A program made the position numbers and the translations under genes. From NCBI RefSeq assembly GCF_000619845.1, contig NZ_JHUX01000003.1, positions 210,001-242,000 of the forward strand: a stretch of DNA of 32,000 nt, written 5' to 3'. The stretch is from Alkanindiges illinoisensis DSM 15370 (GTDB taxonomy: Bacteria > Pseudomonadota > Gammaproteobacteria > Pseudomonadales > Moraxellaceae). Within the stretch, counting starts at the first letter, position 1. Every line of letters starts with the position of its first letter. Below the pieces are notes generated by a model that had not been told where the DNA came from, did not search any database, and saw only the letters and a program-made list of their open reading frames with translations. Below, one piece after another: positions 29,607 to 32,000 of the stretch.

Positions 29607-30791
29607 ATGAAACTGAAAAAACTGTTTGGTGCTATTCAAAAAGTCAACGATCAGGATGACGGCACCATCATTGTTGAAGGGATTGCGTCCACTGAAGAAC
29701 AGGACGACGACGGCGAAACCATTTTGGCCAACGCCATTAAAACCGCCATTCCCGACTATATGAAGTTTGGGGCGGTGCGTGAAATGCACAAACCTCAAGC
29801 TGCTGGTACAGCACTGGACATCAGCGTGGGTGATGATGGCGTCACAGTCATTAAAGCCCATATTGTTGATGCTGAAGCCATTAAGAAGGTTAAAACCAAC
29901 GTCTACAAGGGTTTTAGTATCGGTGGCAGTGTTACCGAGCGCGATACAGTCAATAAAACCATCATTACCGGGATTAACCTGGTAGAAGTTTCTCTGGTGG
30001 ATCGGCCTGCAAATCCTTCAGCAGTAATCACCTGTTATAAGGCAGATGGGATTGATCCAGCAGATCTAGAAGATAACCCGGAAAAACTGGAAAAAGCAGC
30101 TGGTACAGATGACCTGAACAAGAGCATGTATCAGATCAAAGATTTTTCAACAATTTTACGGGATTTGTCATACCTGATTCAGGATGCCCAGTGGGAGAGT
30201 GAGTGCTATGCAGACAATTCTAATATTCCCGTCCAGCTGGTTGAGTGGCTTAAATCAGGCGTTTCAATCTTTAACCAGTTCTCTGAGCAGGAATCTGCAA
30301 AACTTGTCACGTCTGTTGAGAACATTGTCAAAGCTAAGCAGCTGGGCGGATCAGACGTGTTGGCCAAAGCCGGCACCAAGTTTTCAAAAGCCACTAAAGA
30401 ACAACTGGCCGACATTCATAAAACCCTCAAGGAATGTGACGGCAAGCTTGCTGCACTCGGCTACGATGCGGCAGCAGACGATGATGCAGCGGAAGATGCG
30501 ACCACGAAAGCAGCTGATTCAGAGGCTTTGCAGAAAGTACGCTCTGAGCACGATCTGACCAAGGCAGACCTGACTAAAGTTCAGGGTGAGCGCGACGCAC
30601 TGGCCAAACGGGTGAAAGAACTGGAAGCCCAGCCGGAAGACCCTAAGGGAGCAGTCATGGATTTAACCAAGTCTGCTGATATGAAACAGCAAGAATTTAA
30701 TGTGCAGCCGGTGGTGGATGCCACGGGCGAAGTGCATGAAGCCGCCTCGCTCATTAAGGCGATTCATGCAGCACCACTCAAATTGGCGTAA
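29607..30791 (+). CDS. Prohead protease / scaffold-like protein
   Basis: The strings 'IIVEGIASTEEQDDDGETI', 'REMH' and 'YKGFSIGGSV' resemble a phage prohead protease N-domain. The C-terminal half is acidic, Ala/Lys-rich and coiled-coil-like. A GGAG RBS precedes ATG 29607. Confidence 0.65.
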   Translation: MKLKKLFGAIQKVNDQDDGTIIVEGIASTEEQDDDGETILANAIKTAIPDYMKFGAVREMHKPQAAGTALDISVGDDGVTVIKAHIVDAEAIKKVKTNVYKGFSIGGSVTERDTVNKTIITGINLVEVSLVDRPANPSAVITCYKADGIDPADLEDNPEKLEKAAGTDDLNKSMYQIKDFSTILRDLSYLIQDAQWESECYADNSNIPVQLVEWLKSGVSIFNQFSEQESAKLVTSVENIVKAKQLGGSDVLAKAGTKFSKATKEQLADIHKTLKECDGKLAALGYDAAADDDAAEDATTKAADSEALQKVRSEHDLTKADLTKVQGERDALAKRVKELEAQPEDPKGAVMDLTKSADMKQQEFNVQPVVDATGEVHEAASLIKAIHAAPLKLA

Positions 30792-30812
30792 TTCATAGCG
30801 CCCTATTTCACT

Positions 30813-30832
30813 GCACCTACGGGTGCTTTTTT
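30813..30832 (+). terminator. Short hairpin GCACC-UACG-GGUGC followed by a U6 tract between the scaffold and capsid genes
   Basis: A 5-bp stem closes a UNCG-type tetraloop and is followed by TTTTTT. It probably causes only partial termination. Confidence 0.4.
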
Positions 30833-30851
30833 ACTTTATGGAGAACAGGCA

Positions 30852-32000
30852 ATGCCTAAACCAGCAAATCTGGAACAAACACTGGACGCTATGAAAGCAG
30901 CACAGGCGTCCGCCATGCAAAACACGGATCTGACCAAATCCTTTACCCAGCCTGGTAGCGCGACTACAGGTCTTCAGGCGTATGATCTGGAAGGTCCATC
31001 CAAGAAGTTTTACCCAGTAGAAACCCCGCTGCGTAATTCCATTCCACGTATTACTGGTGGCTATGCGATTCAGGCAAACTGGAAAGTTATCACCAATATC
31101 AACGTACAAAATCAGCGTGCCGGTGTGGGTGAAGGCCAGCGCGGCGGCAAAATCCAGCATCAAACCGATGATTATTTTGCATCGTTCCGTGGCTTTGGTC
31201 TGGAAAACGATGTGACGTTTGAAGCCAATTATGCCTCCAAGAATTATGAAGACGTGAAAGCACTGGCAGTTGCCCAGACGCTGGAAGCGACCATGATTCA
31301 GGAAGAACGTCTGATTTTAGGTGGTAATACCTCTTTGGCCATGGGACAAACGCCCACACCAGTACTGGCTGCTGTTGCCAATGGCGGTACATTAACTGCT
31401 GCAACCAAGTCAATTATTTGTATTGCGTTAGGTCTACAGGCCTACCTTGATGTGGTTGGTATGAATAATGGCGGTATTGGCCAGATTTTCGATGCAGCCT
31501 TTGCTCAGGTGCCAGGACAAATTGTGCGTACCAATGCGGATGGTTCTACATCCACCTTTGGTGGCGGTTCTGCCCGTAAGTCAGCAGCTGCTACAGTCAC
31601 TGTGGTTAATGGTGGCTCTATCACGGCTACTGTTACACCAGTGAATGGTGCAGTGGGTTATGCCTGGTACATGGGACCTGCCGGATCTGAACGCCTGATT
31701 ACTGTCACTGCCATTAACAGTGTGATTATTAAGGATGAGCCTCAGGGCGGCGCCCAGCTGGCCAGTAGCATTGCTGATCAGGATAATTCCACCTCCAGCT
31801 ATGACTTTGACGGTTTGCTGATCCAGGCATTGAAACCCAATAGCAAGGCGTATGTGAAGTATATGCCGACCGGCACTGCTGGTGTAGGGACCAAGCTCAC
31901 CAGTGATGGCGCGGGCGGTGTGGTTGAGATCAACGAAGCGCTCTATGCGTTTTACACCCGCTACCGTTTAAGTCCTGATGTGATCTACGTCAGTGCACAG
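30852..32000 (+). CDS. Major capsid protein, 3'-truncated by the window edge (absent from the ORF track because it has no stop)
   Basis: Hand translation found no stop from ATG 30852 to nt 32000 (383 codons; MPKPANLEQTLDAMKAAQ...). A GGAGA RBS lies 7 nt upstream. Its position after the protease/scaffold gene supports the call, which is not based on a recognised motif. Confidence 0.7.
   Translation, partial: MPKPANLEQTLDAMKAAQASAMQNTDLTKSFTQPGSATTGLQAYDLEGPSKKFYPVETPLRNSIPRITGGYAIQANWKVITNINVQNQRAGVGEGQRGGKIQHQTDDYFASFRGFGLENDVTFEANYASKNYEDVKALAVAQTLEATMIQEERLILGGNTSLAMGQTPTPVLAAVANGGTLTAATKSIICIALGLQAYLDVVGMNNGGIGQIFDAAFAQVPGQIVRTNADGSTSTFGGGSARKSAAATVTVVNGGSITATVTPVNGAVGYAWYMGPAGSERLITVTAINSVIIKDEPQGGAQLASSIADQDNSTSSYDFDGLLIQALKPNSKAYVKYMPTGTAGVGTKLTSDGAGGVVEINEALYAFYTRYRLSPDVIYVSAQ

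Larger units (their letters stand above)
10491..32000. mobile_element. Lambdoid-type temperate prophage (left end, attL to major capsid gene); extends beyond the window
   Basis: The gene order is int-xis-early left-cI/cro-replication-Q-late promoter-terminase-portal-protease-capsid. The composition shifts abruptly relative to the capsule locus. The left boundary is set at the lepA break point and is accurate to about 20 bp. Confidence 0.9.

Noticed and set aside
1-32000. Search for tRNA/tmRNA genes at the prophage junction, CRISPR arrays, IS elements or long terminal inverted repeats.
   Set aside because: No cloverleaf-compatible sequence (for example a GGTTCGAATCC-type T-arm) was seen near attL. 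No regularly spaced direct repeats and no transposase-like ORFs were found. The attachment site is the lepA coding sequence instead.

Overview
The window is a junction between two regions. Region 1 (1-10.35 kb) is the distal part of a chromosomal group-2 (KpsC/KpsS-type, ABC-transporter-dependent) capsule locus. Its serotype-specific genes are visibly very AT-rich. They comprise a 5'-truncated glycosyltransferase, two TagF-like polyol-phosphate transferases and a Bcs1-like fused cytidylyltransferase/SDR reductase, which predicts a ribitol-phosphate, teichoic-acid-like capsule. A divergently oriented secreted beta-propeller gene follows, then kpsC, kpsS and a hotdog thioesterase. Region 2 (about 10.49 kb to beyond the window end) is a lambdoid-style temperate prophage of clearly higher GC, inserted inside the first ~16 codons of lepA. 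Its modules run in this order:
- attL with arm-type repeats, int and xis.
- A leftward early operon with an HNH endonuclease, an ERF recombinase and small ORFs.
- An OL/PL region.
- A lysogeny-side accessory cassette (hicAB plus three unknown small genes).
- A LexA-like CI repressor, three OR operators and cro.
- A rightward early operon of tightly coupled small genes, including a DUF1376 replication protein with an ori-like repeat/AT block, a DUF1064 nuclease and a Q-type antiterminator.
- A textbook PR'-pause-tR' late control unit.
- A second accessory island (Lar, a lipoprotein, small ORFs, and a micro-TM peptide coupled to an HExxH metallopeptidase).
- Packaging and head genes: DUF2280 TerS, TerL, a portal-MuF fusion, protease/scaffold, and a major capsid gene truncated at the window end.
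No tRNA, rRNA or CRISPR array was seen. No lysis cassette lies within the window. The best candidates for undescribed biology are the two prophage accessory islands, the ERF protein carrying an SSB-like C-terminal tip, and the lepA-targeted integration. The host cannot be named from the sequence alone. All domain calls come from motif recognition by eye, not from searches.
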